From a virus (Duplodnaviria; Caudoviricetes), in IMG/VR virus record IMGVR_UViG_3300020352_000036, positions 1 through 24,696 of that record: a stretch of 24,696 nucleotides of DNA; one strand, given 5' to 3'. Position 1 is the first letter of the stretch. The number at the start of each line of letters is the position of its first letter. Below the pieces are notes generated by a model that saw only the letters and a list, made by a program, of their open reading frames with translations, was not told the origin of the DNA and searched no databases. Made by a program: the position numbers and the translations under genes. Below, piece after piece: positions 1 through 8,998 of this stretch.

Positions 1-271
1 CAGGATGATAATTAGATAGCAACTGTTGTAATACTACATTTGTACGCGGTACAAAAAGTGCTCCGTTCTCGAAGATAACATGCTCAATCTGAACTCTGTC
101 ATCTTGCTCGTCTACAAACAAAGATTTTTGGTTTGGTGCGTAACGTAATTCTCGGTTGATTTTTTTATCTTCGTCAAACCAAAGCATTCCAACGCTACGT
201 ATTTTGTATGTAAGTGGACTCATTCCACCCGATAATAGATAAGTTCTATCTTTTAATTCCCAGTTTTTCAT
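1..271 (-). CDS. Conserved phage protein downstream of the major capsid protein (3' truncated by window edge)
   Basis: Manual translation from ATG at 271: MKNWELKDRTYLLSGGMSPLTYKIRSVGMLWFDEDKKINRELRYAPNQKSLFVDEQ...FENGALFVP...NYHP, open to the window edge. Not in the ORF track. A/T-rich start context. Confidence 0.8.
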   Translation of the reverse strand, partial: MKNWELKDRTYLLSGGMSPLTYKIRSVGMLWFDEDKKINRELRYAPNQKSLFVDEQDDRVQIEHVIFENGALFVPRTNVVLQQLLSNYHP

Positions 272-282
272 AATATAATTTA

Positions 283-318
283 ATAAAATAAAATAACCCC
301 CACCGAAGTGAGGGCTAT
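283..318 (-). terminator. Rho-independent terminator after the major capsid gene
   Basis: Minus strand ATAGCCCTCAC-TTCG-GTGGGGGTTAT forms an 11-bp stem (two G-U pairs) with a cUUCGg tetraloop, followed by TTTATTTTATT. It begins 8 nt after the MCP stop. Confidence 0.8.
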
Positions 319-326
319 ATTAATAA

Positions 327-1766
327 TTAGTCTTTCAATAAGAAGAAGTTATTAGCTCCTTGCGTAATTAAACATCTTTCAGATAAGAAATTAACTCTCA
401 TTTCGTCAATGTCAGAAGTGTAAGCACCACCAACAGATCCAGTAATCCAAGTTTTCATTTTTCTGTCATCTGTTTCAGAAGATCTATAACGGATGTGTAG
501 GAATGGACGCTTGATGTTTTTACCAAGGTCTTGGTCATACACAGTAGATGTTCCTGCAGGGATAAGAGCTCCTTCGATATCTCCAAATTGACCACGTGTT
601 CCGAAGTCATTTAAGTATTTCCAGTCAGTCTTATAAAAATCGTAAGATCCACGACGGAATCCACTAAATCCTAAGTTTAAAGCCATATCCTCAGAGTTGT
701 TGAATACTCCGTAAGAAGTACCTCCAGAACCGTAAGAATTTTTAGCAGCTAAACCATCATCAATTGCTAGAGATAAAGCACGGTTTGTGTATAGCATATT
801 TTCTTCTATAGCACCGTTTTTATCTAATTGCTTAAGGATAGTATCGAAACTAGCGATAGTATCAGCATCAGCAGCAAGATCAGTATAAACATTTCCTCTA
901 GACTCAAGAGCTGCAAAGAAACCTTCAGATCCAGTAATACTTCCTGGGAAGTTTGCATGTACTGTGCTACCCTTCTTAACTGATTCAACCATAGACATCT
1001 CTAGGTAATCTTCAAATCTTTGACGAGTTTCATGCTCAGACTTTAGGTACCATAGGTATCCACTTGCACCATTCTCAGAAGCAACTTCAATCCAACCGAT
1101 CTGAGCTGTGTCAGAACCGCTTACTTGGTAGTTGTCTTTTAAGATGATTGGTTTGTTAGTATATGAACTGTAATCAGATTCGATTGCACCATCCATACCA
1201 GCTGTACCTTTTGCAAATTCAGAACCGTAAACTAATACGTTAACACCATTTGTAACAGCGAATCCTGAAGCAGCCCATGTTGCAGCTGAATAACAGTGTG
1301 CAGTAAATGTGCTAGTTGCGCCTGCAGCGGCAGCCCCAGCGGTAACCACTACTCCTTTAAGTACTGGTCCTGAAGCAACTCCACCAGAAGTTTTACCCTG
1401 TACCATGATAGTTTGTCCTGCGCGAATAGCAGCAGATCCAGAAGCAGCAAAAGCTGTTCCATCAGGATTAGCAGGGTGTGTTACTGTAAATACGCCTGTT
1501 GAAGCCACTAGTGCTACATCGTTGTATGCTACGTGTAATCTTCCTTGCTCTACCCAACGAATTTCATCAGACGTAGAAGGCATCTCAGCTGATACCATAC
1601 GTAAGAAAGAAGAGATAGAACGATTTCCGTAGATCTCAGCTTCTTTTTCGTATACGTCAGGTAAGAATTGTTTTGTAAAGTTAAAGTCTGTAATGTAGTT
1701 GTTTTGAAATAAAGAACCTTTCGTTGGAGAAGGTACTAAATTGTTAATTCCACTTGTTAAAGCCAT
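327..1766 (-). CDS. Major capsid protein (phi38:1/crAss-related type)
   Basis: 479 aa with motifs QFLPDVYEKE, IRWVEQGRLH, GSEFAKGT, YLWYLKSEHETRQRF, GFRRGSYDFYK. Position after portal and acidic scaffold, followed by a terminator. Confidence 0.88.
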   Translation of the reverse strand: MALTSGINNLVPSPTKGSLFQNNYITDFNFTKQFLPDVYEKEAEIYGNRSISSFLRMVSAEMPSTSDEIRWVEQGRLHVAYNDVALVASTGVFTVTHPANPDGTAFAASGSAAIRAGQTIMVQGKTSGGVASGPVLKGVVVTAGAAAAGATSTFTAHCYSAATWAASGFAVTNGVNVLVYGSEFAKGTAGMDGAIESDYSSYTNKPIILKDNYQVSGSDTAQIGWIEVASENGASGYLWYLKSEHETRQRFEDYLEMSMVESVKKGSTVHANFPGSITGSEGFFAALESRGNVYTDLAADADTIASFDTILKQLDKNGAIEENMLYTNRALSLAIDDGLAAKNSYGSGGTSYGVFNNSEDMALNLGFSGFRRGSYDFYKTDWKYLNDFGTRGQFGDIEGALIPAGTSTVYDQDLGKNIKRPFLHIRYRSSETDDRKMKTWITGSVGGAYTSDIDEMRVNFLSERCLITQGANNFFLLKD

Positions 1767-1780
1767 TTTTTAATTTTTTT

Positions 1781-2980
1781 TTATTGTTTAATTTTCATTC
1801 TCAACTTAGAACTAGAATCTCCTGTCACAACTTTAAACTTTTGTCCGGTATTGGTTTTAATAACGCCTTCTTTTCTTGGGTCCATATTAATATTTTTAGC
1901 TTCTCTTGCAGAGTTGCGAAGAGCATCAGCACGGCCTTGCTCATAAAAATGTTCTGCCAATTTATCAGCGTTTCTTGCTGTAAATAAAGCTTTATGGTAA
2001 CCCTTAGCGTCACTAAGTTGTCCATCATCACCTATAAACTTTGAAACAAAATTGTTAATATCTGATTGCTGCGTTTTTGTGTCTGCAACGTTGTTAACTT
2101 TGTATCGGTATTTATTGTCTCCAACTTGGAAATCAAAACCTTTAAAGTTTTCGCCAAATACATTATCTGTTTTTTGTAAAAAAGTTTCAGTTTGTTGTTT
2201 ATTCAATTCAACTCCTTGTTGAGCTTCATTATAATACGCAAAAGCCTCTTGGTACTCTTGAGGAATATCTTGTTGCTTTCTCAACTTGAGATCAGCATAA
2301 TATTTCTCTTTGTTTCCTTCTAAGAACTTTCTTGCATTAAATAATTCTTCTTTAAATGCTCTTTTCTTTGAGCGTATTTCTCTTGGGTCATCATCTTCAT
2401 CAAATGAAAATTGGTCCTCCATGTACTCATTTATGTCTTGACTATCCCAAGGTTTTGCTTGTTTATAATATTCGCGCAATACCTGCCCGTCGTCATAAGC
2501 CGAAATATCACGGTTTAAATTAACGTAGTCCTCTAAAGTACCCCCAGTTTCTTCCATAAAAGTTAAAAGCTTATCAACGTTTTCTGGCAATTCAACTTTT
2601 GGTTGTTGAGGCTGTTCATTAACCCTAGTCGCATTTTCATCAACTTTAGGTTTTTCTAATTTTGCCTCTTCAACTTCTTCTTCTGTAATCAGCTCTAAAG
2701 GAGTAGTCTCTACTTCTGTGTTTTGTTCAGAAGTAGCACTTACTTCTGTTTTAACATTTTCTTCTGTTATTGTTTCGGTATTTTCCTCTTCTTCTACAGG
2801 CTCAACTACTTTGTTAACCTCGTCTAAGTTTATTACAGGAACTTCGTCTTCATTCTTTCCAGCTGACTCAGGGGATATCTCGCCTTTTTCAACGGCGGTG
2901 TCTAACACTGCTTGTTCTTGTTCTTGTGCTGATTTAGTTTCTTCGCTATCAACAGCACCCTTAATTTTCCATTCACTCAT
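1781..2980 (-). CDS. Putative capsid scaffolding protein
   Basis: 399 aa with a very acidic, low-complexity N-terminal half and helical C-terminal half (FMEETGGTLEDY, HFYEQG). Lies between portal and MCP. Confidence 0.7.
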   Translation of the reverse strand: MSEWKIKGAVDSEETKSAQEQEQAVLDTAVEKGEISPESAGKNEDEVPVINLDEVNKVVEPVEEEENTETITEENVKTEVSATSEQNTEVETTPLELITEEEVEEAKLEKPKVDENATRVNEQPQQPKVELPENVDKLLTFMEETGGTLEDYVNLNRDISAYDDGQVLREYYKQAKPWDSQDINEYMEDQFSFDEDDDPREIRSKKRAFKEELFNARKFLEGNKEKYYADLKLRKQQDIPQEYQEAFAYYNEAQQGVELNKQQTETFLQKTDNVFGENFKGFDFQVGDNKYRYKVNNVADTKTQQSDINNFVSKFIGDDGQLSDAKGYHKALFTARNADKLAEHFYEQGRADALRNSAREAKNINMDPRKEGVIKTNTGQKFKVVTGDSSSKLRMKIKQ

Positions 2981-3010
2981 AATTTAATAATATATAATAG
3001 TTAATAATTT

Positions 3011-5371
3011 TTATCGTGGTTCAAATCCACTTAAATCAATACCACCAAGTACGTCATTACCGCTAGATTCAAAACCTTTTTTAGGTTCTGGGTTAGATGG
3101 TGGTTTTTGAAAATCAATTTCTTTTTTGGAGTTTAGCTCCATTTGTTTTAACTTCATGTTTAAATCAAATTCGTATTGCATAAGCTCCCGCTTAGTCTGA
3201 GCTTCATGTTCTAATTTTTTAATGTCAAAATTAACTTGTGCCTCAGCTAGCTGAACTTTAGATTCTGATTTTATTTGTTCTGCTTGTGCTTTCGCCATTT
3301 CAGCAGCTTGAGCAGCTTGAGCATTAGCTTGCGATTGTGCAGCGATGTTACGCTCAGCGCGCTCTTGATCTTTTTGCATCTTCTTAGCTCTTCTATACTT
3401 TAAAAGTTGATTAGCTAATTTTATGTTTTTTATTTGTCTAATATCAATAACATCCTCTAAATGTATTTGATCTTTTGATAATGCCATTTGAATGTTTTGC
3501 TCCACAAGCTGTTTTTCGTCCTCATCTGGGTCTAGTTCTAAGAATATGCCAAAGTCATGCAAATGTAAGGAATCAAGTTCCTGTAAGGCTCCAACGCTAA
3601 ATCTTCCTATTGCGTTTATAAAAGCCTCTTTTTGAGGGTGGAACTCTAACACGTCTTTTATTCTTATTGATATAGCTTCTGCAAGAGTAGCTGTTATATA
3701 TAAAGAGCTATGCAGTATATGCCTAGTAGCTGTGTTTGAATTTGCTGCTGCAAGTTTTTGAACTCCTACTAAAGCATAGGGATCTGGGTCACTTCCGTCT
3801 CTAGCTTCATTTAATCCAGTAACATCGCGTATCATGTTCAAGTAATAATTATATGCTTGAATTAATAGCTGAGTTTGCTGCCCGCCCCCACCAGGTAACT
3901 CCTGAATTGGAACTTTACCAGCATTCATTTCGCCATCAACAGTCATAGATCTACCTATAACAGAACCTGTTTGGAAGTACATATTAAGTGCTTCTTGGGG
4001 ATTGTAATTAGTACCGTTACCTAAATCAATTTCGGCTAAGCCATCTGCATCTAAATAAACGCCAGACGGGGTCATTCTTTGAATTGTTTGTTGTAATTTT
4101 AAATGCGTAAGTTGTATTAAGTCTGCGTAAGTAACCATTCTGCTTACTAAACTTTCAATTTTACCCTTGTACATTCTAGGTGCGCTAACTACATAATTCA
4201 TCATTACATTGCTAACATTTGAATCTGGGCGAACCATATTGGATGCTTTTTGCCATTTTAACAATTTATTAGCTCCAAGAACCATTACACCTTCATATAT
4301 AGTTTCTCTAGCCTGAGCTACTTTTTCAAATCTAGCTCTTTGATCTTTGGGGGGATCAAATGTATCATCTTTTTTAATTGCTTTCTTAGCTCCAGTTGAT
4401 GTTTCTTTAATTTTATAAACACTTTTTTCCCAGGTCTTCCAATTAAAATACAGTATAGTTAATGTATTAGAATCTGAATTGTTAGCGCTATCATTAGTTG
4501 TGTAATCGTAGTTATTATAGTTACTAGATTTTTTTATTGAATCAGCAAATTCTTCATCAGATAGTCCAGGAAATTGCTTTTTTAGTTCGTTAGCTTTAAT
4601 TTGTTTTATTTCACCAAAATAATAAACATCTTCAAAATTTGGGTCTTCTGTATACGAATAGACTAAATTAGAAGGGTCAACATATTCTAATTTTATACCG
4701 TCGGTATTATTAAAAGTGTGTTTTGCACAAGCAATACCAATAACAGCTTGATCATAATCTAACCGCTTTTTAAGTTCAGGATAGTTATTCCTTTTAAAAA
4801 CGTTATCCATAGCTTGCTCATGAGCTATCTCAATTGATGGTTTATATGCTATCTGCATATGTAACTCTAATTCTTCTTTAGAGGAAGGAGCTTCTGCATC
4901 TTTTACGTTTCTAGTGTCAACACCTAAAACTTTGTCTATCTCTTCAATAAAATCTTTAGCTATAATATCTTCCTGGATTCCTTCAACGAAGGTTGTTCTT
5001 TCTTTAATTGAAGTTGGGTCTTGAGCAAAAGCTTTTATAGTAAATAAACGATCTTGCATCCCATTCACTACAATATCCACAAACTTGGGTATAATTGGAA
5101 CTGGTTTCCAATCTAAATTAAGATATGATAAATCTCCATTAATTGAAAATTCATCTTTATACTTTTGAGTTGATTGCTCGCCTCTAGCATATAATCTTAA
5201 TTTGTGAAAATCACGTTGATTCTGAGTGAACCTACCTGATCCAGAATTTTTTCTAAACCATTCGTTTTGAATACCTTGTGCCACTTCCATTCCGTATGAC
5301 TTACTACTCTTAGTAGCATCGTCAACCGATTGGCTGGGAAATTGGGTAACTTGTCCTATAGCTTCTGCCAT
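3011..5371 (-). CDS. Portal protein
   Basis: 786 aa with LRLYARGEQ and NLDWKPVPIIPKFVDIVVNGM motifs and a long Q/A-rich C-terminal coiled coil. Directly downstream of TerL. Confidence 0.88.
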   Translation of the reverse strand: MAEAIGQVTQFPSQSVDDATKSSKSYGMEVAQGIQNEWFRKNSGSGRFTQNQRDFHKLRLYARGEQSTQKYKDEFSINGDLSYLNLDWKPVPIIPKFVDIVVNGMQDRLFTIKAFAQDPTSIKERTTFVEGIQEDIIAKDFIEEIDKVLGVDTRNVKDAEAPSSKEELELHMQIAYKPSIEIAHEQAMDNVFKRNNYPELKKRLDYDQAVIGIACAKHTFNNTDGIKLEYVDPSNLVYSYTEDPNFEDVYYFGEIKQIKANELKKQFPGLSDEEFADSIKKSSNYNNYDYTTNDSANNSDSNTLTILYFNWKTWEKSVYKIKETSTGAKKAIKKDDTFDPPKDQRARFEKVAQARETIYEGVMVLGANKLLKWQKASNMVRPDSNVSNVMMNYVVSAPRMYKGKIESLVSRMVTYADLIQLTHLKLQQTIQRMTPSGVYLDADGLAEIDLGNGTNYNPQEALNMYFQTGSVIGRSMTVDGEMNAGKVPIQELPGGGGQQTQLLIQAYNYYLNMIRDVTGLNEARDGSDPDPYALVGVQKLAAANSNTATRHILHSSLYITATLAEAISIRIKDVLEFHPQKEAFINAIGRFSVGALQELDSLHLHDFGIFLELDPDEDEKQLVEQNIQMALSKDQIHLEDVIDIRQIKNIKLANQLLKYRRAKKMQKDQERAERNIAAQSQANAQAAQAAEMAKAQAEQIKSESKVQLAEAQVNFDIKKLEHEAQTKRELMQYEFDLNMKLKQMELNSKKEIDFQKPPSNPEPKKGFESSGNDVLGGIDLSGFEPR

Positions 5372-5373
5372 TT

Positions 5374-7602
5374 CTATTGTATTATTTTACTGTTTGATCC
5401 TGTATTGTTATATTTAGAAAAGCCAAAATCAATTTTCTTAACCTCTCTATTCGTTTTTGATGCATACAAATGTCTTTGGCAAGCCATTATAGCTAAGCCA
5501 GAACTTATAGATGCATCAAATTTTGTTCTATTATTAATATCAAACCCTGCCCAATCTTCTAAGGTTCTTTGGAAATACATTCTTCCGTATTCACCAGATT
5601 CCCGTAGACCAACGTGGTCTTCTATGTAGCTCTCAATTGCAGCAGCATGCGCTTGCTTAATATCTTCCGAAGAGTTAGGTATACCACCTAATTCTTTTTC
5701 TGTTACAGAAAGTTTATTCCTGGATTTATCAGGTCTGTTCATTGAGTAGCCCCTGTAACCTCTTCTTTTAATATGATATAATAATCTAGGTTTATTATTC
5801 TCCGCTAATATTGGCATGCCATAAAATATCATTGCCATTAAAACATCTTCAAAAAATATTTCAGCAGTTTGTGGCCTAGCTATATATTCTAAAAAGAATT
5901 GACTGCTAGGAACCTCAGCCACCATACTGTAAGCTGTTAATCCATGCAATGCACCATTTGAACCGCTACCATCAGTTGTTCCACTAATATCATAGCTATC
6001 ACAACCAAAAGCACCTGCATCTTTATTACCTGGGTATTTTATACCATTTTTAATTATCACGTTGTTTTGCATACCAACAGGAGGTATCCAAGACAATCTA
6101 AATCTACCACTCTTATTAGGGGAAAATAGAACTTCAGAATCTTTAACTCCATTCTTCCAACTAAAAGATCCGGTAGTTATATAACCTTCTCTATTTAAGT
6201 CTTCGTTGAAATCAGTTTGCTCATATATTTTATTTAGATTAAATAAAGACTTTGCTATTTCATCTCTGAAAGCGTGTTTCTCTGTTCTTGGAAACTGTCT
6301 ATAGTATTCATTTAGTCCATCGTTATTATCTCTAAGTCCATCTGCTTCATTCTCCCAATGCTCGATAACTCCAGAATAGATAAGTTCTCCGTCGATTCCT
6401 TCAATTGGTTTTTCTGGATTATCGAAGACAGGAAATCCATATTTATCAATGAATCCCTCGTAATTCCATTCCATAGGTATGAACAAAGAATATAATCCAC
6501 TAGCAGTCTGCCCATTGCGGTTTCGCTTGTTGACGTCTGAATCATAATATAGTTTTTTAAAGTTACCTCCTCCTTTTTTAATTGCATTAGAGGTAGAACC
6601 CATCATGCATTTACCAACTATTTTTGCTCCGAGCCTAAGGCACGTCTTCGTGACCCTCCAGTTGTTGAGGATGTTGTCCGGTCTCTCCCATTTACCCGAT
6701 TCATCGTGGACGAGTAATTTGAGTTTCTCTCCATCGTAGGAGTTGTCACCGGTATTCTTCCAATCGATCGTGGTGTCAAGCCCTGCCTGTTCATCTTCTG
6801 AGGTTTCTTTAATCGAGTTTCTCGTGAGCCGCTTAGACGGTACTTTGTAGGATAACTCCGTTTTTGGACGTTCCATCCCATCTTGGGTCGGTTTAAAAAA
6901 GAATGGGTAGTTTGTTGATATTGGTACAACCTTGTCTGTAAACATCTTTTTAGCATCAGCACCTGACTTCGATAGTATTCCGAATCTAGAGTCCCTAGAT
7001 AATGTGGCCTGGTTGACAGTCTCTGAACTTGCCATGAAGCTAAAACCGGATCGTCTATTCTTAAGGTAACACATTCCGTAACTTCTGGCGTCCGCACAGC
7101 AAGCTTCCCAAAATATGTATAATATCCTATTTGCTTGTCGAAAGTCGGGGAGCCCAATATCAATTTTAGTCCAGTTGAGGTAGACGTAATGCGAACCGGT
7201 AATGTATTGACTTTTACCGTTGCACATGAACCAGTGGCCATCACTACGCTTATTATACTCATTACTAATATAGTCGTAGTACTTTTCCTTAATGTTTTCT
7301 GGATACTTTTTAAAATCATATAATGTTTTTATTTTCCCCAGCGTTTCAGGCTTTTTAGTTCGTGTAAAAACTTGTTCTTCTGGAACTTTGCTATTCGATT
7401 CAATTTCTTTTGGCTCAGGCGGTAGTGCTATTTTCAAACCTTGTATAGCATATATTTCACCTATCTGTCCATTCTTACTTATAACAACGCAGTCTAGATC
7501 TTCATTAAACCCATATTTGAATGACTTGGATTTATTTAATTTTTTAACGTACTTTTGTTGTAAGTGAGACGTTTGTATTGAGTATAATTGTTGTTTATAC
7601 AT
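5374..7602 (-). CDS. terL: Terminase large subunit
   Basis: 742 aa. Walker A-like YLKNRRSGFS, Walker B LLVHDESGKW, coupling motif GSTSN, RNase H-like nuclease motif AFGCDSYD and LAENNK. Upstream of portal. Confidence 0.93.
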   Translation of the reverse strand: MYKQQLYSIQTSHLQQKYVKKLNKSKSFKYGFNEDLDCVVISKNGQIGEIYAIQGLKIALPPEPKEIESNSKVPEEQVFTRTKKPETLGKIKTLYDFKKYPENIKEKYYDYISNEYNKRSDGHWFMCNGKSQYITGSHYVYLNWTKIDIGLPDFRQANRILYIFWEACCADARSYGMCYLKNRRSGFSFMASSETVNQATLSRDSRFGILSKSGADAKKMFTDKVVPISTNYPFFFKPTQDGMERPKTELSYKVPSKRLTRNSIKETSEDEQAGLDTTIDWKNTGDNSYDGEKLKLLVHDESGKWERPDNILNNWRVTKTCLRLGAKIVGKCMMGSTSNAIKKGGGNFKKLYYDSDVNKRNRNGQTASGLYSLFIPMEWNYEGFIDKYGFPVFDNPEKPIEGIDGELIYSGVIEHWENEADGLRDNNDGLNEYYRQFPRTEKHAFRDEIAKSLFNLNKIYEQTDFNEDLNREGYITTGSFSWKNGVKDSEVLFSPNKSGRFRLSWIPPVGMQNNVIIKNGIKYPGNKDAGAFGCDSYDISGTTDGSGSNGALHGLTAYSMVAEVPSSQFFLEYIARPQTAEIFFEDVLMAMIFYGMPILAENNKPRLLYHIKRRGYRGYSMNRPDKSRNKLSVTEKELGGIPNSSEDIKQAHAAAIESYIEDHVGLRESGEYGRMYFQRTLEDWAGFDINNRTKFDASISSGLAIMACQRHLYASKTNREVKKIDFGFSKYNNTGSNSKIIQ
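6618..7319 (-). CDS. Candidate overprinted lipoprotein in the +1 frame of terL
   Basis: 233-aa open frame with basic n-region, hydrophobic h-region and ATGS-C32-ATVK lipobox-like site. Coincides with a local GC rise and atypical terL codon use. Coding status is inferred. Confidence 0.45.
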   Translation of the reverse strand: MILKSIQKTLRKSTTTILVMSIISVVMATGSCATVKVNTLPVRITSTSTGLKLILGSPTFDKQIGYYTYFGKLAVRTPEVTECVTLRIDDPVLASWQVQRLSTRPHYLGTLDSEYYRSQVLMLKRCLQTRLYQYQQTTHSFLNRPKMGWNVQKRSYPTKYRLSGSRETRLKKPQKMNRQGLTPRSIGRIPVTTPTMERNSNYSSTMNRVNGRDRTTSSTTGGSRRRALGSEQK

Positions 7603-7859
7603 TATTTAACGTGGGACTCAACACCAAAGAAATCATTGTTAGTTTCTTTGTTGTTTTTTCCTGTAGCTTTTAGTTCTTCTACTTTATCTATCATAGCCAT
7701 TGCGTCATCCATTGCAAGCCTATAAGCTGAAGCAGATACTTTTACCTTTTCAGGATCTATCTCTTCAGAGTTCATTTTTTTATTCATTACTTTTATAAGC
7801 TCGTTGATTGAGTTTTCAGCGGCTTCAAGCAGTAGTAGTTTTGTTTTCTTTATGTCCAT
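7602..7859 (-). CDS. Small helical protein, candidate terminase small subunit
   Basis: 85 aa, helical, with its stop overlapping the terL start (TAATG). The TerS call is positional only. Confidence 0.5.
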   Translation of the reverse strand: MDIKKTKLLLLEAAENSINELIKVMNKKMNSEEIDPEKVKVSASAYRLAMDDAMAMIDKVEELKATGKNNKETNNDFFGVESHVK

Positions 7860-8412
7860 AGTTGATAGTAATGTCTTTTGATAAAATTCTATATAATTTT
7901 TTATCTTCTATGTTAAACTCATATTCTGAATTTGGCGTAAACCCCACCACGTCTCCACAGGACAACCCTAAGGAACTTAAGTAGTCGTTTGTATATGTAA
8001 GCCTCCCTGTAAGTTTTTGTTCGCTCTCGGTGCTCCATTCGTCTTCACTCTCTATTGGCTCTACAAAACAATACTGTATAGGACAATGCCATTTACCATT
8101 TTGCTTGTATGCAAATATCTGTTCTTCAGAAACCGTATAAGTATCTTCTTTTATGTAATTACCTGAGTTACGTTCGTTTCCCCTAACATCATACCATCTA
8201 CGAAATACATTGTGATGTACAATAACTTCGTTTCCAGGCTCTATAGGTGTTTTTATATTTATAGGTGCGTTGATTACAGTACCTATCCTATTAACGAACA
8301 AGTAATCTCTTTCTGTTATTTCTGTATTAAGAATTAACTCTTTGTTGCCAACAGACACTTTATTATCGTATCGGCTATTTGTTGATATAATATAATTGTA
8401 TAGTGATCTCAT
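7825..8412 (-). CDS. GroES-like protein with two tandem Cpn10-like halves
   Basis: 195 aa. Each half has the GroES pattern: G-x-V/L ... I/L-x-x-G-[ND]-x-V ... Y-x-V/I-x-x-x-[QD]-I (IGTV..IEPGNEVIV..YTVSEEQI and TGRL..LSCGDVVGF..LYRILSKDI). Confidence 0.6.
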   Translation of the reverse strand: MRSLYNYIISTNSRYDNKVSVGNKELILNTEITERDYLFVNRIGTVINAPINIKTPIEPGNEVIVHHNVFRRWYDVRGNERNSGNYIKEDTYTVSEEQIFAYKQNGKWHCPIQYCFVEPIESEDEWSTESEQKLTGRLTYTNDYLSSLGLSCGDVVGFTPNSEYEFNIEDKKLYRILSKDITINYGHKENKTTTA

Positions 8413-8631
8413 TTAATAATCTAAATTGTATTCTATTGATATAGCCATATTTTTATTAAAGTTTTTCCAAGGAAGCTGTGCCCCTTTCTTTTCAATATAT
8501 ATATTATATGCTCCATCTTCTTCTAGTATATCACATATTTTGTGACCTCCGTAAACTTCTTGCCCAACAGCATAGTGCATAGCCTCGTTTTTATAATCTT
8601 GACCAACACTTATTTTTCTAATTAATTTCAT
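8413..8631 (-). CDS. Conserved hypothetical phage protein
   Basis: 72 aa from ATG at 8631 (MKLIRKISVGQDYKNEAMHYAVGQEVYGGH...). The track's upstream extension overlaps the endolysin gene and is unlikely. Confidence 0.75.
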   Translation of the reverse strand: MKLIRKISVGQDYKNEAMHYAVGQEVYGGHKICDILEEDGAYNIYIEKKGAQLPWKNFNKNMAISIEYNLDY

Positions 8632-8641
8632 TAAATTTATT

Positions 8642-8998
8642 TTAATATGTCCATATAGTAGTAGACGGTGCACCTGGGTAACCAATACCTAAATGTATAA
8701 ACCCACTTTTTCTGGAAATTCCTATTCTAGTAAAACCTATTTTAATAGCTGCCTTGACTAATAAAAAGGTAGCCTCACCTCCAACGCACTTTATATCTAC
8801 AGCTGCACCATGAGCATGCTCGCCTGGTTTAGCTTTAGCAGCTTCTATAGGGTGTTCTGGTGATCTGTAAGAAGAGGTTATGATTATAGGAAATCCATAT
8901 TCTTTTCTTAAAGCGTCTAGCTTGCCTAATAAGATAAGATCCATTTTGTCCATGTTACCCTTAAAGTCTTGACTATCTGTAAAGTATTTTAATTTCAT
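8642..8998 (-). CDS. Endolysin, peptidase M15 family (Zn peptidoglycan peptidase)
   Basis: ITSSYRS, H-x6-D motif (EHAHGAAVDI) and C-terminal FIHL. Adjacent to two membrane-protein genes. Confidence 0.85.
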   Translation of the reverse strand: MKLKYFTDSQDFKGNMDKMDLILLGKLDALRKEYGFPIIITSSYRSPEHPIEAAKAKPGEHAHGAAVDIKCVGGEATFLLVKAAIKIGFTRIGISRKSGFIHLGIGYPGAPSTTIWTY

